DNA from: Candidatus Freyarchaeum deiterrae
GTDB lineage: Archaea > Asgardarchaeota > Jordiarchaeia > Jordiarchaeales > Jordiarchaeaceae
Direction of reading: 5' to 3'
NCBI GenBank assembly: GCA_037305845.1
Contig: CP147778.1
Location: 2,656,001-2,720,000 of the forward strand
Length of the DNA: 64,000 nucleotides
The translations under genes were made by a program, and so were the position numbers. Shown here piece after piece: positions 41,529-55,000 of the stretch. The number at the start of each line of letters is the position of its first letter. Positions within the stretch are counted from its first letter, which is position 1. The notes under the pieces were generated by a model that saw nothing but the letters and a program-made list of their open reading frames with translations, did no database searches and had not been told where the DNA came from.

Positions 41529-42131
41529 TTGCTCAGCACCATGAAAATGGTGGAAAGATGGGCAGCAGCCACCATAGCACTGCTCGCGGTAAGCATCATC
41601 ACGCTAGCCTACCACTCAACAAAGGTATACTGGTACACCAGCCTAACACTACTGCTGACGCTGGGACCCACGCCCACGGGAATCCTCAGCCTCGCAGTCC
41701 TTAGCGCCTACCCCGCAGAGTTCAGCATAGGGATAAACGCAGGCGTCTTCGCAGGCTTCTGGTACAAACTCTTACTGGACCTAGCCTACCTAGCACCCGT
41801 AGGAGCAGCCCTCTTCACAAGCCTGGTCACTACCCTGTGCTACTCCCTGAGAGAATTTCCGGGCTGCGAAACACCCGACGGCGTAACGGAGAGAATAAGC
41901 CAAATAGCGACTCTGGGCGAAGACCGAGACCAGGTGGAAGTAGCCCTCGCCCTGATCATATTACCATGCATACTAATGAGCGTCCAAACCTACGTCTACA
42001 TCCTAACACCGGTCACAAATCCCCTAAACCTCTTAATCCTAATCATAGTCCTCACACTAAACCTGCTGACCACGTACAATTTCGGCACAAGCATAGGACG
42101 CATCACACAACAGGAAGAAGTGATACGCTAA
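41529..42131 (+). CDS. Multi-pass membrane protein (200 aa)
   Basis: GGAGGTGA SD; 5-6 hydrophobic spans. Confidence 0.75.
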   Translation: MLSTMKMVERWAAATIALLAVSIITLAYHSTKVYWYTSLTLLLTLGPTPTGILSLAVLSAYPAEFSIGINAGVFAGFWYKLLLDLAYLAPVGAALFTSLVTTLCYSLREFPGCETPDGVTERISQIATLGEDRDQVEVALALIILPCILMSVQTYVYILTPVTNPLNLLILIIVLTLNLLTTYNFGTSIGRITQQEEVIR

Positions 42132-42790
42132 AAAAGTGGATTTGCAATGAAGACGAGAAAAAGAACATGGCAAGGTGTTTAACCACCAAACTCTCCCTAA
42201 GAAACCTGCACAAAACCATAATCATAAAAATAAGATGGGTCAGAAGTATGCGGGGGCAATAAATACCATCATAACAAGAAAACTAAAAAGGATGCTGAGG
42301 CCCAAGCCCTCCAAGGACTTGTTTCAGTCTAGTCTTGGAGATACCCTGTCGACGCGCTCGCTTGGTGCCTCAGCGACCAATTCTTCTAGAAACTCTCTAG
42401 AGATTTGCTCGGTTCAAAATTTTGAGCCGTGCTAAGCGTTAACTGTTTTTCTTATGGTCTGCAATCGCTTCCCGTTTCAGCATCTCTAAGAGTTAGCCTT
42501 CACCGAAATTAAATAAATCTTCCGATTTTTCGACAACTCTTAACTCATATCTGAGAGTGAAAAATACTCACTATACACTCCTAAAACCCGTTTGAACTTT
42601 TCCAACATGGCTCTTTTCGGTCTCTCTTGAAGAATTGAACTCCTTGAAGAATTCAGTTAGGGAAGAAATACTTCTCCACCACTTTAAACCGAACCTATCA
42701 TATAATCATCCGAAAATGGTCTCTCTAAATTATTTTTTCTAAGATTTTTTTACGGTTTAGATTCAATTGAAATAATGAAGACATTTGCTA
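42130..42790 (-). pseudogene. Degraded gene with hydrophobic C-terminus
   Basis: Frame ISREFLEELVAEAPSERVDRVSPRLD*NKSLEGLGLSILFSFLVMMVFIAPAYF*PILFL*LWFL is broken by TGA codons; more fragments lie upstream. Confidence 0.4.
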
Positions 42791-42811
42791 TACGCAATAA
42801 GCCCCTTAAAC

Positions 42812-42831
42812 CAAAAAATTTATAAATATAT
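42812..42831 (+). promoter_or_regulatory. BRE/TATA-like promoter upstream of the giant ORF
   Basis: CAAAAAATTTATAAATATA, about 25 nt before an ATG (42851) that is in frame with the giant ORF. Confidence 0.55.
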
Positions 42832-43048
42832 ACAAAGAAAAATAGGGACGATGCGTCGACAGGGGAAAAGAAGCGGATTAACTATCATGCCATGTGCCGT
42901 AAGGCACAAAAACCAACTCAAATCAAAATCCTGCTTAAATAAATGCGAGGAGCTTAGTTGAAGAGGCTGGATGAATAATGAATGTGCCCCAGCAGGGATA
43001 TCGGGTTAACAATCATGGGAGGATGTTACCATAGGGTTCCTAACCTTC

Positions 43049-46000
43049 GTGTTCTTCTGCGCTCTCTTCATAGGAGCGGACGTCCAACAGATGCAAGCCG
43101 TCCAACAGATAATGGATAACATCTACCAGTACGTGAATATGCCCGATATGCAGCAGGCGGAAAGAGATGGAAACATCGCCCAATGCCTTAACACATTCTT
43201 CCAAGGAGGAGCAATAGGACTATACGAAGGGGGATGGCCCTGGGGGCATGGTTACGTAGCCGACGTATGGGGTCCCGATTGGGAAAAGCCGAAACCAGGC
43301 CATGTCTACGTTTACAACGACACCAGCTACGTCGGAGGCAGAAGAACCCTCTACTTCGAAATAATAAGTTATCCGTACTACGACGTGAACAGCCTCCCCG
43401 ACGGCTTGTTGCGTGAACTGTGCGGTAACTACTCAGACCCCTTAGCCAAACCTGATCCGTTGGTAATCTATCACCGGTACAATGATGAAAAGGTTCCCTG
43501 GGCTGGCGACCAAACCTCACTCTCCACATTTATGGGAAGAATGCTTCTGCTCTCCAAGCTCAGGCACATAGACTACAGTAACCCCGTAAATCTGGCGGAG
43601 CAGTGGTCTAATTATCTGGATAGGTATCAGTTCGATTTTAATGATCTGGACTACATATACCGGAACTTTCCGCTGGTACTGCAGAATCCTTGGTTATGGC
43701 TCCAGAGCGGCTCCAGTCTGAACAGTTTAATGGAGCTTGTAGGCTCCGGTGTAAATCTGAACAACTTCAGCTTCGTGTCTGGAGACAACCCACTATACAA
43801 TTTCTTATGCTCCGTTTGGGGGGCGGAGCAACTGTACTCCCTCTGGGAGGCTAATTTTAACCAAACCGATGCTTGGCAGCTGGTACGCTTTGGTAACGAC
43901 ACTTTCGTGCCCTTGCCCTACTTAGTATCATATACCCATGTTTTGGATGAGATGGGGGTTCTTAGCCCGTTTGGTGGGATGGACTCGGATTCTGAAATCT
44001 ATGGGACAGACAGCAACTGGAACCTTACTCGGAATGGGAACGCTTCCCTGTACAGTTACGAGTTCACTCTGAGCAGTATTTTCAACTCTCTAGCAAACAG
44101 CACCCTCATCTCGGATTGTAGCAATGACTCGGAGTGGAATGCAACCGGGCAAAACGTTACCCTCTCAACCGATGGCTACAGCATAATAGTTAACGTAACG
44201 GGAAAATCCTCAAACACCACCACCCTCAGCTACCGTTTAAACCAGCCCTTAAATCTGTCCAATTACCAATCTCTGCTCCTCTGGTTCAACGTGAACGCCA
44301 CCCGAAGCAACTTCACAACCCTAAAAATAACCCTATACGACCAGCAAGGAAACTGGAAAACGTACTCCAATTGGACTTATAACACATCTCAGAGATGGGA
44401 GCGACTCACACTGGACTTGGATGAGCCGGACTCCAAAAATGGAACCTTCGGCAATCTAACCAACATAACGATAACCGCTACCCCCAATCAAAACCTCAAT
44501 TACAGTTTATCAATTGACGATGTGAGAGTTAGTTCCCGTATATTGTGTGAGTGTCTCTGGAACACCGACTGGTCGTATCAGCTCCTCAACGGGACCGGAA
44601 ACCTCACCACCACGGTTTACGGATACCCCTACGTTTACGATTACCCCTACTCCCTCGGCCTAGAATGGAACTTAACCAATGTAAACGGCTCCGCTAAATA
44701 CGTTTACAATCCTCGGGGGAACTGGAGCCTCGACCCCGAGGGCTTCCTAACCTTTATGCTCTACGGGTTTGGGACTGAGCAGCAGAACGCCACCCTAACC
44801 CTGCGTCTGTGCACCGACCAGAACAACTCCTTTAACTACAGTCTGGGAAAAGTCGACTGGTATGGGTGGAGGAAAATCTCCGTCCCCCTGAAGCTGATGA
44901 ACAAGACTGGAAGCGCCAACCTCTCCCGCCTAGATTACCTAGAATTCAAACTGGATAGTATGAGTAACGGAACCGGTAAGCTGGTTGTTAGCGATATTCG
45001 CGTCGAGCCCGCCCAGTGGACTAAAGTAGAATTCGTGGTTCCCGACACTCTGAACAACGCTGACAAAGACAGTTATCCCTTTATAGACCTCTACTGCTGG
45101 AACGGCTCCAAATGGTTAACTGTAGGTCGGTGGGACGCTAACGACTCCAGCGCTAGTGTAGGATACAGCGTTCTCTGGAGCAACCTAACCCTTCTGGACG
45201 GCACCAACGCCAGCAAACTATTCTCCAACCAGAGCCTGTGCCTGTACCCTGTGGGAAACGGTTCCAAAAACCCTTACTCCGGAGCTGCGGGAGCTATAAA
45301 CTACACTACCACTAATAAGAACTCCGCGGGCTTCGCGGTAATGCTTCCACCCCCAGCCTACGGCAACAGGAGCAGCGTCAAGTTCAAGGTGGAGGTACAC
45401 TACAACTCCACGGGGGACGTTATCAACACCAGTAGTTACCCGTTAGCTCTCCTCTATTTCAACTCCACATTCACGAATCTCAGTCTCACCGCTAAGGACT
45501 GCTACGACATCTGGCTGGATCATACCTTTCTGAGCAATTGGACGTATGATAATTGGTCTGTGAACAGCACCCACACCAGCAACGGCGACATACTGGATGT
45601 CTGGACCAAGTACAAGGGCAGCAACGCCAACTACACCTGGTACACAAACCTGTCCAACGTAGTGGACGTAGGGTGTTACCCCAACGTATACCTTGTCGTG
45701 AAAATTACCAGCTACAATAAAACCGACGGCAGTGGCACGAATAAAAACCAGTTGGGAGTGGAAATCTACGATAATGTCAGCAAGGCGTGGAAAATCAGCA
45801 GCACCTACGTCACAGGTAACGCTACCAACTATACCTACGTGTGGCAAATGAATTCCTCCTGGGATGTGGGAAGAGTAGGATTCTTCTTCAATTACCGAAG
45901 CAGCGGCGGGCAGCAGGAGGTCAAAATAGACAGCGTCAAACTGGTAACAGTGCAGAACAGCAGCCAGTACCAGGAAAACCAGTACCCATTATACACGGGG

Positions 46001-49000
46001 AATGGTTCCAGCGTATTGTTCCTGAACCTCAGAACAGCGGCGGGTGCGGGTAAACAGCTTCGGGAGTTCCGAGTTAACGGTGGAAACGTCACCCTGCTGT
46101 CAGCAGTGTTAAGCAGTCTGGGCAACTGGACGGTGGACTCGTTGAACTCCACAGTCTTTGTAGCGGGCGGAGACAGCGTTACCATTCAGGGCTCAAACCA
46201 CATGTACCTGAACTACACTTTCTCTCCCCTGTTGAACATAAATTATAGTAACACCTTCATGGATGTGGTTTACACTTCCTCTTACTCCTATGATGAGAAC
46301 ATCTCAAACCTAACCCTCCGGGTGAAAGTGGATAATAACTGGTTGAACTACACCCTCCCGCCCAACAGTGAGGAATCGCAGAGGTTCCGAATCCCCCTCA
46401 ACGGTTCCAATCTGGGGGCAATCTGCTTTGAGCACAGCACAAACACCAGCGAGGACTGGTTCTCCATTCAGTCCATAAACGTTTTCCATCTCACAAACAT
46501 CACACAGTACTTGCAGACCGCCGTTGGATACTGGAACCAAACCAGTCTCAGCGTCCCCGGCTACTCTCCGAGATTCACTCAGATATTGAATGCCACGGAG
46601 TTGCCCGCGAGTTTATCCGCGTGGGCGTACGTGAACGGAAGCAATAGCAGTTCGCTCACCGTAGAGTTCTTCGATGAGAACGGCACCTTCCTGAAATCGG
46701 ACACGGTATCCGTGAATGGATCCAATTGGCACCCGGTTTGCCTAGTGGACTTTACCCAGCCTGAGAACGCTTCAACTCTGAAGTTTATAGTGGCGGCTGA
46801 TAAACTGGATCACGCTTACCTCTGCCCCTCAATCTTGACCAGCGGTGGAATATATGAGGGTTTCAATAGTCTTAAGGGCTGGACTGCTATAGGCAACGGC
46901 ACAGCGGAGAATAACAGTCAGGGATTAACGGTAACACTAAACAATGGGACTCTAACCCTATGGACCGATGTTTCGGAGCTGGGATTCGACTTTTCAAGTT
47001 TCGACACCATAGCCGCAGCGTACAACATAAGCGACAACGTGAATGCAAGCATAGTTTTTGACTGGCTTCTTGTAGATGCAAACGGAAACCAGACGGATTA
47101 TCAGTCATACGTGAATCTGTCCAAGGATTCAGCGTGCGCCGTTGACTCTATATCCAAATATTATAAGACTTATGCTCCCATACCCTTCCCATTTGAGGAT
47201 TGTGTGGAAAACTTCTCTTACACGAATTTTGATTTGAACCGAATTATGCTCAACTTCTCGGGAACCGGTCAGGCTAACGTATCCTGGGTTCAGACCCAAT
47301 ATATTCCAGATTGGGACTTCATATCGGTAACCGATAACATAACATCAACCCACCTGTACGTTAACTGGCTCACCAAATCCCTAGTGTTCGGAGGCGTCTT
47401 CAACAGCAGTACCATGGGTAAGCCGAACTGGGTGGGGCTTATGCACACCTTCTTAGAGGATGTAAACCTCACAACCAATCCGGTACTGGAAGTGGATTTC
47501 CGAACCCAGAACACCAGCCTCAAACTAGGCTTGGAAGTCTTGGTTTATGATGAGCTGGGCTTTCAATGGGTCTGGAAGCACCTACCAGCCTCAGATGTCA
47601 TTTTCGAGCACCCCGTATACACGCCCGCCTTTGTGAATGTTCCCGATTACCTTCGGTCAAAGGACGGGCGTCTTTACACCTCCCTCCGAGCCATCCGACT
47701 GTACGTGAATGATACTACTGGTAACTATTCAGGACTGGGAAGCATGGAGGTATCAAGCGTTTGGCTGCATCCCGCATGCGGCGCTCCCCTATCGTTCCTA
47801 GTATTGGATGATTTCGAAGCCGACGACCTTTCACGGTGGCAGGAGGAGGCAGGCTGGCTTCTCCCCTACACCGACCTCACCCAGTGGAGCAGCAACCAGA
47901 TAATCTGCGGCGGAAACATAGCATACGGTCCCCCAGGTTGGGAGGACGACAGCTTCCAGACCGGCTGGTACAGCGGATACAACTACTCCTCAAACGGCGA
48001 CGTCCTGACCTGGACCCCCTCCAACTACCCGTTAAACGTCTACAACATCACTGGCGGTACCTCAGACACCGAGGTCGAGTTAAGCACATATCTCAATACT
48101 CGGTGGTTCCGTCAAGGGGACACTCAGATGAGGCTGGGCCGCGAGGACACGACCTGTTGGGTCTACGTACCTCCCTATGCTTATCCTGTGACTGTATATG
48201 TTTACAAGCGATCCTTCGTCCGGTTTCCGCTCTACATCCCCGAGAACGCTATTATAACCAACGCTTGGATAAGCCTCAAGTCTAAGACCAACGAAACCAA
48301 TAGCTTCCCCTGCGCCATAAACCTGCTGGACTCCGGCAACTTTCCAGAATTCACATCCGACCCTTGGGATTGGCCGACATCAGGTGGCGCTGTGGGTTGG
48401 ACCGTGCAAAACACCACTGCGGATTGCTGGTACAACACCTCAAACATTTCATCACTAGTTCAACGCTTCATAAACACGACGGGATACTACCCTGGGAAAT
48501 ACGTGGGATTCAGACTTATGGACAACGATACCGTGGGGGACTGGAAGACTTGGTACACTTACGAGAGCGATCCACAGAACGCCCCAAAGCTCTATGTTTC
48601 CTACACTGTACCACAGAACTACTACATCTCAAAGGAAATCAATGTGGATGTCGGCGAGTATCCCTGCCTCGTTTTCAGAGCCAAGTGTAACGTGGACAAT
48701 AGCACCATCAAGGTGGCGCTGGGAACGCCGGGGGACCGTTACTATTATAAAACTTCCTTCGAACTCAACCAGAACTATCGAACCTTCGCCGTTCCCATAT
48801 CCAACGGCTTCAACGCCACCAGCATCACGGTCTTCTATCCAGAATTTCAAAACGTGAAAGTGGACATAGACTACGTGGGGTTGCTAAGGTCGGTAAGCCT
48901 AGAGGGCACGGTGATGAACAGCTCCCTCTCGGTGAACGGAGGATTCGAAAACGGCGACTTCTACAACTGGACCCTGTCGCAGTGCTACGGGTGCACAGTT

Positions 49001-52000
49001 GAATCCTCTGGGCTGGTTGCTGAGGGGGTTCACGCTGGGAAGATTACCTGCAATGGTGTTGGTCAGTGGCTTTCACGCACTGTGCCTGGTGATAACATAG
49101 TCAAGTTCTCAATCTACAAACCCGGCAGCTTTAACACAAGTAGCAAATACTTCTTCCAACTATACGATGCGGGCTCAGGGAAAAAGATAATTTTCTATCT
49201 GGTGGACTCCTTCGACACGAATGTGAGTTTATACGGGGACAGTAAAAACAAGGCTATCCCATGGTCTCAGAAAAGCGGAACCTATAAAGATTACTACATA
49301 GACCCCCACGCCCTATACAACCTATACTGGAATAATACTGACCCCACCCAGGTTGAGATTAGGTTCGGTGTGGAGGCAAACCAGTCATCATCTTACATGA
49401 TTATTGACGGCTTCGGGGTCTGGGATCGCGGCTCGGGTTTGGCACCAAATAATATTGCGATTGATTCAAGCATGCCTTTGGATAATCATGATTCTCTGAA
49501 GCTCTCGTACTCCTTCCCCAGCGAGAGCACCGACGTCTGTACGTACACCTTCACCATCGATAGAGACTTCAGTCAGGAGAAGTACTTCTCCCTCTGGGTT
49601 TACCGGGACAGCAAGAAGTGGAACAACACTCTAGACATTTGCCTGCGTTGCAAGGACGGTAGCTTCGGCGGCTGGAACATGACCATGAACTGGACGCAGG
49701 ATTGGAAGAAGCTGGTTCTCCCCCTGGACAATTTCACTTACCAGTCTGAATCAGTGGTTTCGGGGCAGTTGGAAAAAATAGTAATCAGTTTGAAAGACCA
49801 GTACGGTTATGTCAAGGAGGACGACTGGATTCTCATAAGCGGTCTGCTCTTCGGACACCAGTACAACTTCACTCTCACCAGTGAGAGCTACAGTGGAAAT
49901 GGAGCGGTGAGAATACAGAACCCGAGCGGAGGCTGGGTAAAGGTATTTGCGTCGGGGAACGAAACGGGCACTATTCCCTTCACCCCCGATGAGCTTCTCT
50001 GCTTCGCGGCTATGCCAAAGGGTGACACTCCCTGGGCGGTCATGGTGGATTTAACTTTAAAGGATGGAAGCACCGCAACCCTCGTCTGGTACCGCGGCAG
50101 TCGCCCCATTCCATCAGAGTATCCTTACGATTACTTAACACAGATTGACTCTAACCCCGACAACTGGAACGAGTATCGCCTGAACCTGTTCGACGCCGTA
50201 AAGAACTACGCCGAGCAGATGGGCAGGGGCGGCTTCCAGAGCATAGATAAGGTCGCATTCCTAGTGGGTCCCGGGGAGGTGGTTTTCGACAGTGTTCTCG
50301 TGAGGAATGTCCCTGAGAACCTAGACACCAGTCCCTTAAGCGTCTTAAGCAGTCCCGTGATATTCTTCTACGATGAGGCTTATCCCTGCAGTTGCGGCGT
50401 GGGAGGAAACGATTGGAGTTTGGTTAACAAGACCTTTACCACACTGGAGGCGGGCCTTAAAAATATGAACATTAGTGTGGTTTGGGCTGATGCTCAAGAG
50501 ACGAGGAAGCTTATGAGCAGCTATCCTCGAAGCCTCCTAGTAATCGCGGGAAGTATTGTGCCCGATACCATCTGCGGAAGGGAGGGATATTCAGTTCTTG
50601 AAAACTTCGTGGAGCGTGGCGGCACTGTTCTATTTCTCAGTGATGATTATGCCCCTGTGAGCGCTGTGGGGCGTGAGGGCTATGAAACACTCTGGCTTAA
50701 TGGTATAGGGTTGGAGTACCTTTTGGACGCCAAGTCTCCGACCACAGAATTATTCAACTATTCAAGCTTGAAGCCTCTGAACATAACTATGGATCCTACA
50801 GAGATGGGGGGTAGTCTCGGGGCTTTGAACCGTTTGAACGCTTCGGGTTTCGCGTGGCTCATACCCTATCTTCGCTATCAAAATCTTTGGGTTGAAACCT
50901 ACTACTATAACTCTTCCGAACAGTTGGGACGGGGAGTGTGTGTACGTCCCCAAGACTCGTTGGGCTACGTGGCGGAGTTCCCTCTGTCCATGGTCTCGGA
51001 AGGGAACGATACCGGTGTGGTCGTGAAGTTTGTATCAGATCACTTTATTAATTTGTGGCTGGACACCTCAGGTTCTAACTTCGACGACTACGAGAGACCC
51101 TTACCCGGGGTCTCCGATGAAAAATTTATGGACTACTATGGAGAGATGAAGGCGGGAAACTGGACATTCACAACTGATATACCGTCTGAAGAATACTACG
51201 CATCCGCAGATTTCTCAGCCTCTTGGCATGTTTACCTTAACACCTCTCTGAGTTCCGATAGAAATGATTCCATAACCGCCACCTATTCGGTGAATCCAAA
51301 CAGCAATATTTCCATATCTGAGTTTCCGTTCTTCACCGCAACTATTCTCACCATAGGCAACTATACCCGTCTCAAGTTGGAAGCAGAAGTTTCGGGACAA
51401 TACTACACACTTTTTGACGATAATGCGTCTGATTGGCGCAAGTACGTCTGGTATCTCCCCAACATTTGCGCGGAGGGCGAATTTCAGGGTATGCGGGTAA
51501 CCATGTATGAGAACTGTTCCGACGGTGCGGGGAACGCGAGCGTCACGCTTACCAATCTGGGAGCTTACACGGTAGCCGTGCCGGAGTACGGTTTCCCAAA
51601 ATCCCTAAATGTGGACTTCCAGAACTCCTCTCTTTATGATTACTTGTTCTCAGGGGACAGTGATTACCCATTCATGGGCTTCAAGTTTAACGACACCAAG
51701 GACAGCGTTTACACTATAACCCGAGAATATCCCCAACCCTATAGTTTCTTGGACTACCCCTACCTTGAGTTCGCCTCATCGGGCACCGAGGGCAACTACA
51801 CGGTGGAGCTGTGGCTTCAGAAGAAGTGCAGCGAGCAGAGCTACGCTTGGTACCTGCTTGACTGCTTCAACGGCTCCGATTCAGGCTCTTCACAAAGGGT
51901 TATGGGATACAACCTCTACGCTAAATTCAACGCTTACTACGAGCAATTCAAGGGTGTAACTGCTGACCTGAAAGGCTGGAAATTGATTTTAAAGGGCAAC

Positions 52001-55000
52001 GCCCAGCAGAACGACTCAAAGAACTGCCTCTTCACACTAAAATACATCGCCCTCACCGATTATTACACCGGTTGGAGAATATACCCCGGAGGAATGAACT
52101 ACAGTGGTGGGCAGGGTTACGGTAACGGAGGAGGAAGCGGTCTTGGCATGGAGCAAGGATTAGGAGCATCAGAAAATAGCAGTCTCAGTCCAAGCGTCAG
52201 CTCGGTGAGTAGTAGTAGCAGTTCGGGGCAGGATTCCCCTGCCATCTCTGAGAGCGTCAAGTCATCTGGAGTGGATGTTTCCGAAATTGTCTCAAAGGAG
52301 GACTACTGCCTGAGCCCCAGCGCCTGGAGCGTATACAATAGCAGCGGGGGAGTAGAAGCCAGAATAGTGTCCGGAGAGTACGTTGAACTCTGGATGAGGC
52401 GGGCGATTGCCGATGACTGGGCGATGTTCCGATACGATCTGGGTGAGGGTGTGAACGTTTCTCAAACCAATTTTCTAGACTTTAAGATGAGAGTGAGACC
52501 TGAGGGTGGACTCAGGCTTGTGGCTTACGTCGAGGTTTCGTCTGGTGGTGGTCTTGTGGAGCTTGGTGAGTACTCGGCTGACGGGGTTTGGATTTCTTGG
52601 AGACTTGATGTTCTTTCTCTGCTGGCGAAGGCGGGTGTTAACAATAGTTTGGTGACAGGGTTGGTGTTCAAGCTGGTGTGTGAGGGCGGCTCTGGCAGAT
52701 ACGACTGCTATGCGGATCTCTCATACCTCAAGTTCTCGGGGTTCGCCTCGTGGCGGGGTGGTCTGTCAACACTGTTCTATAATGATGGTGTCTACTCGGT
52801 TTTCCACTTTGAAAGCCTACGGGGAGCCACAATAATTTACAGTATACCCCCCGACTACCGCGGCTTCAGCCTCACCTTCAATGCCAACTACTTCCTTGAG
52901 AAAACCAGTTGTAAGGGCGTAAATATGTTCTTCTACGACTTCACACAGGGAAGCTGGGTGAATGTATTAACCCTTGACCGAATGGAGTCTTGGGAGAATG
53001 TAAGCGTGGGTGTTGATGGGAACTTTGTGAGAGGTTATGATGGCAGATTCCTGGTGTATTTAGCTCCTCTATACTCCGAGGATATTGATGTGAATCTCAG
53101 ATTGGACTCGGCTGAGGTTGTGGCAACCACCTCTACGCAGAACTACCTTAAGCAGAGCGGCTTATTGACTATGAGTTTGGACGGCACAAGCGGTAGTGGT
53201 GGTGGTTCACTGCCCACAGACTTGGATAAGGTTTTCGATCACTTGGGTGGGGAGGCGGTGTGGTTCGGCGAGGACTACTACCACAGCGGCAGTAGCGTGA
53301 GCGACTGGCTTACTGGTTGGAGTTACCGTAAACCAGTGAGGGTGAATAATAGCGGCTCAGTGAATCTTTACGCTTTTCAGGTTAAGCTGACCCTTCAGGG
53401 AACGAATCCCAGTCAGGTGGGATACGTGGACTTTGGTAAGATTGCTCCCGACGGCAGTGATATCCGGTTTACCGCGGCTGACGGGTTAAACCCTATTAGT
53501 TTTTGGATTGAGAGCTGGAACAACACTAACAAGACTGCCACTGTGTGGATTAAGTGCCCGCTTCTAGGGAATAACTCGGTGACCGTTTACTACATGTACT
53601 ATGGTTTCAAGAATGCGGAGAGCCTGAGCAACGGTGAGGACACCTTCCTGTTCTTCGACGACTTCTCTGGAGACATTCTGAATCCGGGGAAGTGGATTGT
53701 TACGGGAAACGTGACTGTGAACAATGGTGTGGTCACCATAGGCGGGGGCTCCGTTGAGTCGAGGATTGAGAGCACTTACAAGTACGGTAATATGACGATT
53801 GTTCAGTGTCGGGCCCAGGTTTCAGATAACTGGAGTACGCCGACCCAGATAACGAGGAACTACTCTGTAGACGGCTCCGCGTCCGACTCCGAGTTAAAAA
53901 CCACTCCTAGCTTTTTTGGCCCCACTACGTATGAGAATTACTATACTTCGAGCTCAATGAGTCTGGGTTATGACGGCTTTTATACTTTTTACCCTTCTCA
54001 CCGTACCTTTGTTAGATTCAGGCTCGACATTCCTGTGGGTTCAACCATTAGTAACGCCTACATCAGTCTGAAGTCCAGTATCAACGAGAGCACGTCGGGC
54101 AATCAAAGCGATATGTGGTTGCTAAACTATTACAACTGTCCGGACTTCAGCGGCGGCACCCCTCTTCAAGACATGCCTACAGCCGGTAATCCTGTTTACT
54201 GGACTCTGCCGGTTACTTATCAGGACAACTGGTACAACACAGCGGACATTTCAAGCCTCATCCAGAGCTACATAGGTATGGCTAATTATCAGCCGGGTTC
54301 CTGCTACGCGGGTTTCAGAATTGGCGAAGGGACTATGGTATATCCTTTGAAGAGCTGGTACCAGTGTGACAGCAATGCGAGCAATGCGCCCCGTCTTGTG
54401 GTCAGCTATATTCCTCCTCTCAATCAGTCTACTATTAGTGCGGTGGTGTCTCTAAGCGACTATTCAGACCCTGATCCGGGAGATGTTATCACCTTGGGTC
54501 GTGTGGATGGTAACACTTATCCCGGCAAGTGGGTGGGTGTAGTTAGGGATTATCCTCCCTCAAGCTACTATGTGAACAGCACGGGCTGGAGTGCTGACAC
54601 CGACTGGCACGTGTTCCAGGTAGAGTGGAGGGGAGCTAACAGTACCCGATTGTGGCGTGATTCCAGCATTTATGACGGCTTCCTTAATTATAGTAATGTT
54701 CCTGACGGGGATAATCCTCTGCGTGTTATGCATGAGACTAACGCTACCCAGAGGAGCGGCACTAAGCTTTTGGTGGATTACACCTTTGTGAGGAAGTATG
54801 CTCAGGTTGAGCCGACGGTGAGTTACGATTTGGAGCAGCTTCCACCCAGCGTTCCTCCCGCTTCGTCTTCTTATGTTCCTGTGGATCGGTTGAGTGGCTC
54901 GGAGATGGTGCACTTGTACTGGCATATGCTTGCGAATGTTTCGAGTATTGATGATTACTACTTGGAGTTCCGATTGCGGGGTGATGTGGGCGCGGTTTTT

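Noticed and set aside
42130-42340. Three in-frame TGA codons as selenocysteine or Trp recoding
   Set aside because: No redox motif context, the upstream part is also broken, and TGA is a normal stop in neighbouring genes.
42344-42864. 12-bp inverted repeat CCCTGTCGACGC / GCGTCGACAGGG around the giant-gene promoter (invertible switch?)
   Set aside because: It is short, no recombinase is in the window, and the left arm lies inside a relic coding frame. Chance is plausible unless reads show both orientations.
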